Positions 24,804-37,380 of a stretch of 64,000 nucleotides of DNA are shown here, piece after piece (within the stretch, counting starts at the first letter, position 1; every line of letters begins with the position of its first letter). The stretch is from Hyphochytrium catenoides (lineage: Eukaryota; Protista; Hyphochytriomycota). The DNA lies in the NCBI GenBank assembly GCA_900088475.1, contig FLMG01004035.1, positions 11,660 through 75,659 of the forward strand, read 5' to 3'. Under the pieces are notes generated by a model that had not been told where the DNA came from, made no database searches, and worked only from the letters and a program-made list of their open reading frames with translations. A program made the translations under genes and the position numbers.

Positions 24804-26290
24804 CTTTCTAGAGATGCAAAGGCCGGTGGAGACACGACAGTATCGACACTAGGCGGGAGAAAAGAGTTATGAGCTAGCTATCCAAAGCGGCAGTGACGCT
24901 GGTCGAAGTGTCGTCTGGGCCCTAGTACGTCTTTTCAAAGAGAGAAGAAAGAAAGAGAAAGAGAAGTTCATGAAGAGAGATAAACGTGCCAGAAGGAGAG
25001 AGAAAGATCGATGGCACACATACATAGAGAGAGAGAGAGAGCACCTGCTTGGAGCTGGCACGGGCGTGTCGGCATCGGAAGGCCGGCAAGGAAGGGTCCA
25101 TGAGGAGGCAATCCGGCCGTTGGTCGCTCAGGAGACGGAGTCGAGATCCTCGAAGTGACCACTGTGACTCACGCTTCTCTTCAAACACATCTATATCTCA
25201 AGCTCAGTGCTCTTAGTCCCCTCAGAAACCTAGTGTTCACTATGAGGGACAAGTTCAAACACAACGATATTGGACAGACACACGTTGAAGACGAAAGGGA
25301 GCGAAAGACTGACAACCTTTCGCTCTCCTGGGAGAGCCCACCCACCCTGCCTCTGAAGACAGCACAGCTAGGTATAAACGATGGAGATTGAAAGGTCGAA
25401 AACGGGTGGGACGGCGTAATGCTGGTAAATGTATGGATGTGTCTACCCCTTTCCGGTCAGCTGGGGCCATGACCTTCACAACAGACAAAAACGTCAAAAG
25501 AGGGTCTACGTCAAAAAAGCAAAGAGAAAGCTTTCTCTATGTCTCTATACCCATTTCCCATAGCTGGCTAGAAGAGTCTTTATACCCCGTTTCGCTTCAA
25601 TATCTCCAACAGGACGTGAACAGTCGCAAGAAGGGGCGATAACTCCTTCCCCCTCCTCCTCCTTTCTGCAAACTGACAAACCCTAACATTTACTATGGCC
25701 TCCAGAAACCCTAACAATCTAGTTCACTCGATATGGTCTCTTCGTCTAACGTCTGGCGCCACCCCCATCAGGGCCGGAAACCCCATGTTGCTGTCTAAAT
25801 ACTTAGAGGGAGTGCCTACTATGCCGGGGTTGTTGGAAGCTATCACCAGAAACTGCTATGTTGGTGTCTAAGGTGGAAGAAAGAGGAAAATCAAGGGCGG
25901 CAGACAGGCAGGCGGCCCCCAGGCACATAGTCAGTCTCCTTGCCTCTACTTGATGGCCATGGCTCCTTGCTCTTCACCTCTCTGCCCCTGTTACGAGTAG
26001 AAAGTACAAAGGACCAAAGGAGAAAAAGAGAGAGGGAGAAAGAGAGAGAGGAGAGGAGAGAGCGAGAAAGAGGAAAGGAAGGAGAGAGGGGAAGACAGGA
26101 GAAAGGGTAGACTCTCATTCAGAGCCATGGAGAGGTGCAAGGAGGACATGCATAGCGAAGAGAGGATGACAAGACGACGCCAAGAAGGAGAGTTCAAGGG
26201 TTACAGAGGAAGAGAAAGGGAGAACGATGAGAGGAAAAGAGAGAAATGTCGACACAAGGCAGGAGGAGGCTCCTCTGAAGGATTAAATAT

Positions 26291-28550
26291 TTAGCGTTTG
26301 GGGCTCTTAGCTGCCTCCAATCGATCATCCAAGCGAACAGTGAGAACTTGCAGGTCAAAGAGATAGTCGAGAGACCAAGGCTTCCGAAGAAGCAGGGACA
26401 TAGTCACGAAAGGAGTTCCCATCCTACTCGTACTCTCCTTGCCGTCGTGGTTCAGGATGTTTCCTGCTAATAATAAGTCCTTCACCTACATCCCTCATCT
26501 TCACTCCGTTCACCCTGGCAGTCCACCTCGTCTTCTCGAAAGCTGATGATGCATATCACTTTCTAAATGACAGGTAGACGAAAGCTATACTTATCCTTGC
26601 TCCATTAGTAATAGTTGATGTAACCACGAGGGAAGGGCATAGTCTCTTGTTCCTATAAGATTGACCTGACCCAGCTTCCATGTCCTCCTTTCTACTCGTA
26701 CTCTCACGGCCGAATGTGGTTGGATGAGAACGCTATTCAGAAGAGTTCGCAGCGTTAACTTCCAGGGCAAGTTGGCGCGTGGAGCTCATAAGGTGTTCTG
26801 TTGACCTGGCAAATAGCCCTGCACCTCACAACGGCCAACGCAACGTCTAATAAGCTGTCATCCTCTCTTCCCTTGCGCCCCACAGTGAGTGCAGATGCGA
26901 CTGGTGATATGACAACATTTGGGTCACACAGCTTTATCCGCTCTCACATCACAAAGTAGTATTGAGAAGAAGAAACGAAGGCAGGACGCCGCAGCACACC
27001 GTAGATAGAAAGTCACCGCAATTGTTAAGGACGTGGGCCTCATCATTTCGCCTTTGTCCTCACGTATACTAAGTTCTTTAGAACGTAGAAGCTCACGAGG
27101 ATAGTAGCAGAGCTTGTCAAACTTATTGTGGGTTTGTCGGCAGAATGTCAGTTTTATATGTTCCTGCTGCCTTCCACTACCCTCTACGCGATGCACAGGG
27201 TAACCCTGCTTCCCTGGAGGTTGCGTCCATTGGCTTCAATCCGCGTCAACGATTGCTAAAGGCAGGATATGATAAGAGACAGCTTTACATATGGAGAGCT
27301 TCGAGCTACCCATAATAAGGGCTTTTATGGAAACTTGGTACCCAGGTCACCTAGGCTAGTCACGGAGAGAACTGCGCCGTGGGAGGCCTTCGACTCCGCT
27401 ACTGAGGTCCACGAAGGAGTACAGAACGGCACCAGGTGACGGTCGAGTAAGACTATCTTCTAGGAGATAAATAAAGGAAAAACACTTTATTGCTTTTCTA
27501 GAGCTCATCATGGGGCGCACAAGTTAACTAGAAACTCTCTGAGCCGCCTCCTATCTGTTCCTGCCCCAGTACAATTGCAAAGTTTAGCTTAGGCAATGAT
27601 AATATTGGCCTTCTTTCTATGTTCAGTTCTACTATCCACCACCTCCACGGATAGTAACTTGGACATCTAACAAGCGTTCGGGACGCTTTCGGACGGTTTT
27701 AGACGGAGGATGCTTGGGACTTTGGTTCCGTCATCGTAGGATCCCATTGACAGGCTGGGATAGAGACTCGTCTCTACAGCACCGGTACTTACAATGCTGC
27801 TCTACGAAACTCAATAGCCCTTATTCAGTTGGTCATCAAGCCTCGTTCCTCCTCGTAGTCATCAGATCTTCTGTCCTGTCTCCCGGCATAGAGCGCAGCT
27901 CGCCCTCCCACATCCAAACCAAGGCTCCATACTTTGAGTCCATCAGATAGAGCTCGCCTTACTTCTCATCAGGGCTTCGGATGCATGCAAAGAGACAATA
28001 AGAGACGAAGACTGCACGATAAGAACCTCAACAAAAATATTACTACACCCGTAAGATAATGGAGGATTCACCAAGAGCCTGAGCCTATTATTACACCGAG
28101 GACTGCCAGATTGAGAGTTGGAGACTCATGTGAACAGTTTCCAAGCTTCTCGAAGGGGAAGAGTTATGTCTGACCTTGAGACTCGTCATAGAGGTTGCAG
28201 CCGAGGCGAGCTTCATCCACAGCGCGTGCTTTGCCCAGCAGATGGTAAGGGCACGAGCCATTGAGCAGGACAAGGTTAGGCGTTAAGGGTCCCAGAATAG
28301 CTATTGAGGGTGGAGGGGCTTCTGGAAGGGCGGTGCTTCTGTTCGCCCACGGTTTCAGTACGCCAAAGGTTCTTCGGATAACCCAGTTCTAGGTATATCC
28401 TCAAAAGGTAGACCTGCAGGTGGAGCCTCTGAGGTGTTCACCCGCTCCGGTCCGGAGCGACCTCCTTGCTTAATGCCGCCTATCCTGTCGGCAGCTCCTC
28501 TGTCTACCTCTTTGCTCCGCAGCCTGATGCCGGGAGAGAACTCATATACC
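26291..28550 (-). CDS. Hypothetical multi-exon protein
   Basis: Exon-like minus-strand frames with splice sites: VYLLRIYLELGYPKNLW, ILGPLTPNLVLLNGSCPYHLLGKARAVDEARLGCNLYDESQ, GELYLMDSKYGALVWMWEGE, and terminal ORF 26291..26485. No full model could be assembled. Confidence 0.3.
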
Positions 28551-28727
28551 GACGAGCCCCCTCAAAATGCCAGCACCGCGCAGTATCGCAAAGGTAAGGA
28601 CATTTGCGTCGTGCCAGTGCGAAGGTCTTCTGTCTGTTGTGTCCTGAGGACGGCCTCTCCGCAATCACCGGCCTGCCACGGTCTTTGGTGAGGTGTCAAG
28701 GAGCTGTGCTAAGGTCCTCCTTCCTCT

Positions 28728-29819
28728 ATGCATTGTGTGGCTATCTCCTGTCTTTTTGGTATTATCTTTTCGACCTTCTATCCCCCGGGGGTTCCTGACT
28801 TCTTGTCGTACGGACGTTCAGGCGTGTGGCTGAGCAAAGAAGAGAGAGGATCAATCTTGTCGTGTCTCTTCTGCCGTATAGCGCATGGTTTAGAGGGAAG
28901 CAGAAAGGAAGGTCTCCTCTACGAGGATGAGCACATTGCAGTCTTTCGCCCGCTCAGGATAGCAGGCGCAGAGCACTGTCTGGTACGCCTAATCTTCTGT
29001 CTTCACTGTTGCGGGGTTAGGGCCCTTGCAGTCTCTGTCTAGCCACCCTCTTAATCTATCCTACGCTTGCCCTAGCTTCGTCCAGTCTCTTCCAAATATC
29101 TCAGTACTCTCAAGCCCAATTTTTGCCTGGCAGGTGCCTGGCAGTCTGTCTCCCTATTTCTTTCTATCTCTTCCCTCAACTTACGGTTAGCTGATCTCAT
29201 CGTCTCTTTTGCCTAGACATACCTTCGTGCTTATCAGAATGCCTTACTTCTCTATCACTATCATTCTCAGGTTGTTCCCAAGAGTCATATCGGCACCACC
29301 AGGGAGCTGAAGAGCCATCATCTGGAACTTTTGAGACACATGGCTGACACGGGGTTGAATACGATTAGGGCCTCTGAGAACTTGAGGCTAGAGGAAATAG
29401 GAGACAGAAGACGGACCCAAGCCGTGGTGCAAGTATTTCACGTAAGCGCGTGGATGTACGCGTATCCTCGCCACCATGGCCTATAACAATCTTGCTTGCC
29501 TACCTTCTATTCTCTCCTTTTCATCGCCTCTCCCCGCCATCTGTCAGTTGCGGATTTCATTGGTTACTGTCTCTCCCTTCCTTAGTTTCCTCATAGCGTC
29601 TCACACTCTCCTCTCTCTCCGTTTTCTCACTTGCTTCCTGTCGTTGTTGTCTTGGTCCTGTGCACGTAGGTCCCACCTTTTAACAGCATCGACCACTTGC
29701 ACCTTCACTGCATCGTACGACCCTTTCGGTCACTCTTCATGCGAGTCAAGTACTTGCCGGGTATGCCATGGTGCAAATCGTTTGGCAAAGTGTATGAAGA
29801 ATTGGGGGGAAAGACGTAA
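28728..29819 (+). CDS. HINT3: HIT-family nucleoside phosphoramidase, HINT3-like; exons 28728-28982, 29271-29441, 29670-29819
   Basis: CLFCRI..LLYEDEHIAVFRPL..AGAEHCL|VVPKSHI..LLRHM..FH|VPPFNSIDHLHLHC..RVKYLP..W. The histidine triad HLHLH is preceded by the HINT3-type FHxPPFxS motif. Canonical phase-0 introns. Confidence 0.9.
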
Positions 29820-29849
29820 AGCAGCCCGCAACGAAAGATAGAGTGGATG

Positions 29850-32800
29850 TTCTAAATAGCTAGGCTAAGTAAGGCTTCGGCCCCTTTCTCATGTTGGGTC
29901 GAGCCAGACTTGGAAGAAATGAGATAGATAAGGGGACGTGATAGAGAAGTTTCTCCTAGAGGAGCGAGACAAGGCGATAGAGCTTTTCGTGAACTCCTTA
30001 GAACCCCTAGGCGACTGCAGCTTTCAAGCTTCAACGAAAGGAGTCTATCCGAAGAAGACTAAAAGCTCAGGTCTACCTCCAAGCTATCTCCAGATGTCAG
30101 TAAGGAATGACAAACGTGCCCAAGGACAATGGCAGACAAGCGTGCGGAACAAGGAAACGGCCATGGTCAGCTGAGGCGCCAAAGGAGCCGTTTCTCTTCA
30201 TTCTGCAGTATGAATGCGACAGAAAATAGAGTCGGAGTACTGCAGGGGAGTGGGAGCCTGGGCTTGATCGATGGGAAAAAATGTCCAGGTCTAGTTCCCT
30301 TTGTCTACTCTGGCTCACTCTTGGCCCCTCCAGTATTGCAGGTCGGCGAAGATGAGGCTTCTACAAAATCAAACTGCTGACTATCCGGCAGCACTATCCC
30401 ATGCTTCGTCACACACACGCTAAGATGTCTCCGGGCCGTCCTCGGAAAGATGGCACTGAGGTCCATCCCACCACCATTTTATTTAAATGTGAGCGATAAG
30501 GTGGACCTTTGTCTGGTGATGCCAGTGAGCCTCATGCACTAGTTAAAGGATAAAGACTCCTTGCTGAGAGCTTGCAAATGCCAAGATATAGCCAGCACTG
30601 AGAGGGATAGCCAGTTGTTGGCACGAAAAGGCGCAAGTTGCCACAAATAGGCTCAAACGTTAGACTCTCGATAAAGGTAGAAAGTACAGAGAGAGGGTAC
30701 ATCCTTTCACGCTTGTGTCGCGCCATTAGCGGTCATCATATCGGTCATTACTTCTACGCTTGCCCTCAAATCTCTAAGAGCCCATATCTCGTTCATAGAG
30801 ACCCCTGCCCACCAGACCACCGCCCGCAAAAACTGCCATGATCTAGGCGCCTCTAGTCGCGCTTCTAGGTCGGAGTACTGGGATAGATACGATAGGAGAT
30901 TGAATGCACTTTTAAAAACATCCAGTAGCGGGATTGGAGGTAGCTGCCGAGAAGAGGATGAAGGGAGTTGTCTCGTATCCAAGGCTTGAGAAAGCATATT
31001 GTCTTCCTTCAACCGGTGCATCTTCCAGAAAAGGAGCTCTACTACAATGGCCTCAAGACGGACATGTTGGTCCTCTGCCGCAGAGCCAGAAGTCGCTAGT
31101 GATTGGGAAAGGTCGCCCAGTAAACACTCCAGGCCTATAGGTTCGGGTGAGATCGTAAAGAGAGGTGGATAACCACGTACAAAGATGACAGAGGTTCATG
31201 AGCAGTATTCTTCTTCTCGACCTCAATGCAACAGAAGACAGACAAGGAGGTCTATTTCAAGAGCAACCTCCAGAGGAAGATTTCAGCACTTTTCCACGAT
31301 CCGGACGCCAGGTACTCTATAAGTTTCATCCTTACCGGTATTCGGATAGGAGATGAGCACGAAGAAAAGATTGCGCAAAACTAAGGACTGCAGCCGTAGG
31401 ATATCCGGTTCATGTTCCCTCTCTCCTTTGATGAGCAAGAGCCTCACCAACGAGAAGAATGAGGAGCCTTTTCCACCATCCTTAGTCTTCATAAGGCCAA
31501 AGAGTTTAGGGGACTGCACTAGCTGCCCAAAGAGCTGCACGCTTCGTATTTTATCGTGCAGAGAGGTGTCCTTGTCGTTATCTAGGATCTGCAGAATGTT
31601 GACTCAGTTTTCAAGGCATTAGTTTTACAGAGACAGGCCTCAAGGGCCTCTGCAGACAGGGTCAGAAGTACAGATAGTTAACATGGCAGTGCTTGACATA
31701 TGTCCTAGAGTCAGGCGCTTTGCGTCATATAGAAGAAGGTTTCTTCAGAGAGCACCTTGATGACGCTTGTCTAAGCGACAAGAGGACATTCAATGAGGCA
31801 GAAGACTTTACTTCCGCCGAAGCGAAGGTAGAGGGCCACAATAGCTCGCGGAAACAGAGGGACGTAAGTTCTAGGGTGGAAGGAAACGAGGACAATGAAG
31901 CTAGTACAGCACAAAGTAGTAGGAGAAAGCCTTCGTCTCCAAGTACGTACTCTCTCAAAGAATGGCTTCTCTATAAGAGCTCTAAAGTCGTCTAACTCCT
32001 TCGGAAGCCCTGCTAATGCACCCAAGATATCTAGATATCGGCCGATAAGGGACGGAAGAGGATTTCTTCCGGATATCCTAACTGCCGCATCGCAAACACT
32101 TCGAATCAACTCTGAGGTCTCGTCCCAAGCTCTATCAACACGCTATAGGGATGGAGAATGAGACATGTTAGAGTTATACCAAGCTAACAAGAACAGGTAG
32201 GCGCCTGCACCTCGATATTGCGGTTCTGTAATTTATGTAAAGTCTTCGTCGAGATATTGATACCATGGACCCTCGACCTCTGCCAGACGCACGGCCGGTC
32301 AGGCCACCGCCAGGCAACGTCGTTCAATAGTGAGGAAAGTGACTGTTAGCACTTGAATTAAAGAGGAGGCATCCTGCCATAACTCCAAGTTACCTACCAC
32401 GGTATCTCCTAACTCTGTATGGTTCAAGGAGAAGCCTCGATAAGGCATGGAAGAAGTGGTTATGAGGCAGAGCAAGATATTGAGTACGTAGCTCTGGATA
32501 GTGACATCCTATCGACGAGTTACATTGAGCAGATGAAGAGAGAGAGAGACAGAGGAGACCCTTGTCAAGACGTTGCATTTCTCTTGGGCACGAGAGGATC
32601 GAGGCAGCTTGAGAACAGGCCTTACCACACCGGAGAGCTGAAAGAACGCTGTGAATGGGGGTAGGATGGCGGTCAGTGAGTATGCGGGTATCCGTTGGAC
32701 AGCTATACTAATGTCGTGCAATACCCTTCTTTCTTCTGGCGTGAGACCTAGAGCGCAGGCTTAACAAGAGGAAGCATGAAGTGATCTTGAAGGGGCGCCA

Positions 32801-35800
32801 CACTGACCGGCACTAGTAGGAGGGTTGATAAGCTGTGCCAGATCGTCACCACAGTCCGCTAGTAGTCTACTGAGTGTATGAGATACTTCCTGCGGTGGGC
32901 GAGAAGATATATAGAGATAACGTTAGTTTTCCCTCCACACTCTGCCCCCATCGGTGTTGATTTTAGCTCCAACAGCTCATCGAGCTCCCCAGACCTGTGT
33001 CTCTATAGCGACGATATCTCCGAAGTAAGGTGATGCACGGTTAGGTCTTGCAGCTTGGGTCTGTGCGTCTCTTAGTTCTACAGTCCGTTTGCTGCATTGA
33101 AGGCAAAGAGGAAGCTGTGGTTAAAATAAGGTGCCATGCAAACTCGGACTACGGGTAGGAAGGATACAAGAAAAGCACCACAGGGCAGACAGCATGCTGC
33201 CTTCCGAGAAGTGTTTTAGGCCTTAGGTATTGTACATACGAGATGCCAGCAGCGAAGAACATGAGAGCACGAAGAGACATTAGGTTACTGATCTTGACCA
33301 GGGAAGGCTGTAGTAAACGAGAAACGGTGCAAGCATTGAAGGAAGGAGCCAACGCGCACCTGCGTCTAGGGGTGGTCGCGTGTGGGAGTCCCGGGCCAGT
33401 ACCAAAGGAATGAGAAGGGGAGAGTTCTGCACTTGAAGACGAGACGTCACGTCTCAGCTTCACGGTCTGAAGGTCCCGCTGATGGTTTCGTTGAGCCGAT
33501 TTTAGCTCCTCCTCCTTTAACAAGTAATAAATTGAGTTATGGTGGCAAAGATTCCAAAGGTGTTGGCTCAGCACCTTCTTGGGCCGCCTTAGCTGTGCTT
33601 GTACCCCTTCCCCCATGTTCATTACAAGGCCACTATGGAACCTCTCTCCACAGCCATCCCAAGACTCATGACGGCCCCTTTCCCTAATCTTCCTTATAGA
33701 CCATTTCCTCTCTCCACCAAGAGACCGTAGCCCATCCAACTGCCAAGAGCACATCAACTTTCTTTTCTGACCTTGAATGCCAGCTGGGCTTGAAGGTTCT
33801 CAAGTTCTTTTTTGGCATTGGCTTCATGCTGCCGCACTTTGTAGTTTGCTTCAGCCTCAATAGTCATCAGCTGTGCTCGCAACTCAAAGATATCCTCCTC
33901 TGCCTACCATGAACGTACGTCAGGCGTGTGACACGCGGAATAGTAAAGGCACGATGATAACCTTCAGGAGATTAGCCCTAAGCTCCCCAATCAAGGCAGC
34001 TGACTTGGCACTCTCTGCTTGGGCGTCCGTCTGGGAGGGCATAGTTGAAGACTTTAGGGCGGATTAGGCCACTGCATGGGCAATGGCTTGACATAGTAGG
34101 TGCAAACCCAGAAACAGAGTAGTAAATAAGACTTACACCTGATGTTTGAACTACGGGTTCGGACTGGCCTGCGGGGAGGATGTCGGGTTAGGGGTGCACT
34201 TGAGAGTTATGCAAAAAGTCCTACCACGGTTTGAGAGCAGCTGGCTATTAGTATGGGGACCTTCGGGCTCTCTGGACGGATGGCGATAGGAGGGCATCTC
34301 TAGATTGAAAGATGCGTCCAGATGAACGCTTCGGCTACTACGAATGCCCACAAGTTCTTTTGGAGCAATGGTTATACATGGTTTTGGGGGTTGAACAACT
34401 GTCATATGACATCTGGTGAGTTAGGTTGTCGCTTCTTGTGGCAGTGGAAATGTGAAGGCATTGCAACGCGGCAATTGGAGGTGGAACCTACCCAACGTGA
34501 GATCCGAAATTCTTTATGGCCGCGGGCTTTCACGAAGCGTGGTGCAGGGTCCAACCTATTCGTCATCCTGGCTTATTATAAGCAGGGCACTATTCGGACG
34601 CTATTGTGAGTCGTCTAGGTCAGGAAGCGGATGTAGCGTAGGAATAGCTCTATAGCTGTGTCGCTTGGCATCGACAAGCAAAGCGCTCCCCAAAGAGCAG
34701 GATTTTAGACCAGGAGCATGAACATACCCGTCTACAGCTCATCCTCTTCCCGTCTGCACCAGCTCCTGTTTGTACCTTCTATCGCACACTGTCTCGCAAG
34801 TCTGGCATCATGCAACAACCATCATAGGGGCTCTCTATAAAGAAGCTTGTAGAGGCAGCGTCCGCCTTGCCGGAACTGTCCCTATAAACCCCTAAAAATC
34901 TGCGGTCAGCTCCGGAAGCACCAAGGCCCCACCTATCTGTCACGCACTTTCTGCTCTGACATTTGCGGTCTCTGCCTCCCTGGCCACGCAGGCTGCTCCT
35001 GGCCATCTTCTGGCTCTCTCGATGCGAAGCTCTTCTGCTGCTTCGCGGGCTGTCTTCGGAAAGATGAAGCTAAGACCTCCCCCAGGACTGCAAGGTAAGT
35101 TCCGATGCTCCTAACTTTGACGCATTTACTCCCCCTCTATAGTTACCTATTAACAGAAATAGGTAGATATTATTGCTGTTTACCATCAAGAGCAATGGAC
35201 CAATGTATATACGATCAAACCTTGTACCATGGAAGCGCGATATAGTCGTATATCAGAAGAGGAGACAGCGGATGAAGCTTTTTATTGAGTTTTGATGGAT
35301 CTTTGTAAGCCTACCAGATCTTGCTCATTCAACGAGCGAAGAGTTTGGAGGCGAGTGCTTACAGAGAGACAGACAGATGACTGCAGTGATCCTCTAGGTA
35401 GTGGCAATAGACCAGCTTCGACCTTTTCCCTCAGAATCCTTTCGGTGCACTAAGCGGTCTACCTGGCACGAGACTAAGTAATGGAGTTCGCAGTACTTCT
35501 GTGCCCTCAAAGGAGAGGTACGGAGGTGGCGGGCTCCAGCTGGACTTCCAGAAGTCCACGTACCCTCGAGGTACACACCCGACGCGCCGTGGTGATTTAG
35601 AAGGAAGTCCAGACTCTGGTAAACAGCATTCAGTACTGGCGACTGATCAATTTTGTTTATGCAAACAGATCCATCTTGGGGCCAATGCTGAAAACAGTCT
35701 ACCTCAGCCTCTAGGAGCTGCCCCTTACTATTCTCTTGTCAAAGTCAAAATACCCTGCAAGCCGAGACAACCTGCTGAGGGCTTATGATTTGAACGCAAA

Positions 35801-36067
35801 ATTAGAACAGCTTTTCCGTGTGACCATTTATTCGTTAGTACCCGCAGCACAGTTGTAAGACGGGCTAGATGGGATCTGTCCCGTTCTGCAAAAGTTATAT
35901 CAGCTCCAGGTTTGGTATAGGATCAACTTCAGCAGTACTACGTATCACTTTACAGCATGTGATGGCTCAAGCTTCTATGAGTAAAAGCTAGAGATATCAC
36001 CGGACATTGCTTTTTCCAATACGTTAGGAGGATCGCTGTGTTCGTCAACAAGCGGCGTGCCACTCAT
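29850..36067 (-). CDS. Large multi-exon protein: disordered N-terminus, coiled coil and helical-repeat C-terminus; ATRIP/Rad26-like; ends approximate
   Basis: Spliced coiled coil ALIGELRANLLK ... LMTIEAEANYKVRQHEANAKKELENLQAQLAFK|EEELKSAQRNHQRDL (about 34000-33470) resembles the ATRIP coiled coil (L.SL.SEL.FK..E). Downstream Leu-rich helical exons at 31771-32109, 31283-31540 and 30707-31021. Confidence 0.45.
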
Positions 36068-36797
36068 TTTGACGCAACTTCTACCCTTATCCTATCGTTC
36101 ATCGTTCTTTTCAGCAGCGCCTTCTAGAGCACATAAGATCGCTCTCTTCCTATCCATTACCCGGTAGGCACAGTGAACAATCCTGCCGATGAGTAGGGTC
36201 TTCTTCCCGCAAGTCGGCAGCCAGGACACCTAGATGCTGCACCTTGCGTTTCCTAGCTCGAAGCCCTAGCGTAACGGACCGAGATTTCTCTCGAGTTCTT
36301 CCCCACCGTCCCTCTTTCTCCATCTCTTTGTCTCCTCAAGTGTGTTTTCTCTCTCTACGTGACACCTCCGAGTCAGCGCTGGCGCAACAGTGCTTTCTCT
36401 GTGCCGAGCACGCTTCCTTCCCAACCACTGCCTATGAAGGCTTCTCAAGGCTCTATTGACACACATGACTAAACACAAACTAGGAGCAAACTCACGCTCC
36501 CTAATACGGGGGGCAAGAGTGAGGTTACTAGTGGTATCAAAGCACAAACCCAGTTGAGGAGGTCCACGGATGCGCTGTGTTTGGTCGTTAAGTGCGAGTG
36601 CGAGTGAGTGGTGTTTATTGCCGTAAAGGGTGCGATGGGCGTTACACATGGGGCGTAGTAATGACAAGGTCGTACTGTTAGACCCTTCAAAGCCCAATGA
36701 CTGTTTAGTAGTACGTTTCTGTACCAACTGAGTGAAGACATCATCCATCGACAAGCCCAAACAGTTAGAAACCCAGAGAGAAGAGAAGCGCGTGCGC

Positions 36798-36798
<1 letters not shown>

Positions 36799-36832
<34 letters not shown>

Positions 36833-36870
36833 NNNNNNNNNNNNNNNNNNNNNNNNNNNNNNNNNNNNNN
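36799..36870. repeat. (GA)n microsatellite running into assembly gap (36833-36870)
   Basis: GA repeat directly abutting the N run. Confidence 0.95.
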
Positions 36871-37189
36871 AGTCACAAACCTGGAAGTGGATTAAGTACG
36901 CGAAGATAGAAGAAGCTTGATGAACAGGCTTAGCTGAACGAGGCCCCAGGTCACACCGCGCACGCTGGCGCTCCTGCCCGATCGTATGAGCTGCCCGTCG
37001 TGCGGCACAGGGCAGTAGGAGCACAACATTAGCGAGCGCGTAGTGGTCTATAGACACTATAATGGACCTGAGCCCATCGGGCTCTCACTGGTCTCGGAAG
37101 GAGTAAGGTCCGGGATAAGAGGACGAGCCAAGATTGAGGAAAGATAGGCGCAGATCGGGCTCAGGTGGCGCCAAGAGTTATTCTGCTGT

Positions 37190-37236
37190 NNNNNNNNNNN
37201 NNNNNNNNNNNNNNNNNNNNNNNNNNNNNNNNNNNN
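37190..37236. other. Assembly gap (N run)
   Basis: Run of n. Confidence 1.
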
Positions 37237-37380
37237 TTTCCATGAAAGAAAGATACTTTACAGGCAACCTGGCGCCATGGTTGGGGAGAAAGTCTACCCT
37301 TAGGGTGGGCCGGCGGAAATATCGCAGCTCGGCTCAGGGATAGCAGAGCAGAGGCTAAAAAGGACTCCTGACAAGTTATA

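Noticed and set aside
36266-37057. 263-aa ORF spanning the gap
   Set aside because: Artefact of reading through N's and a (GA)n microsatellite.
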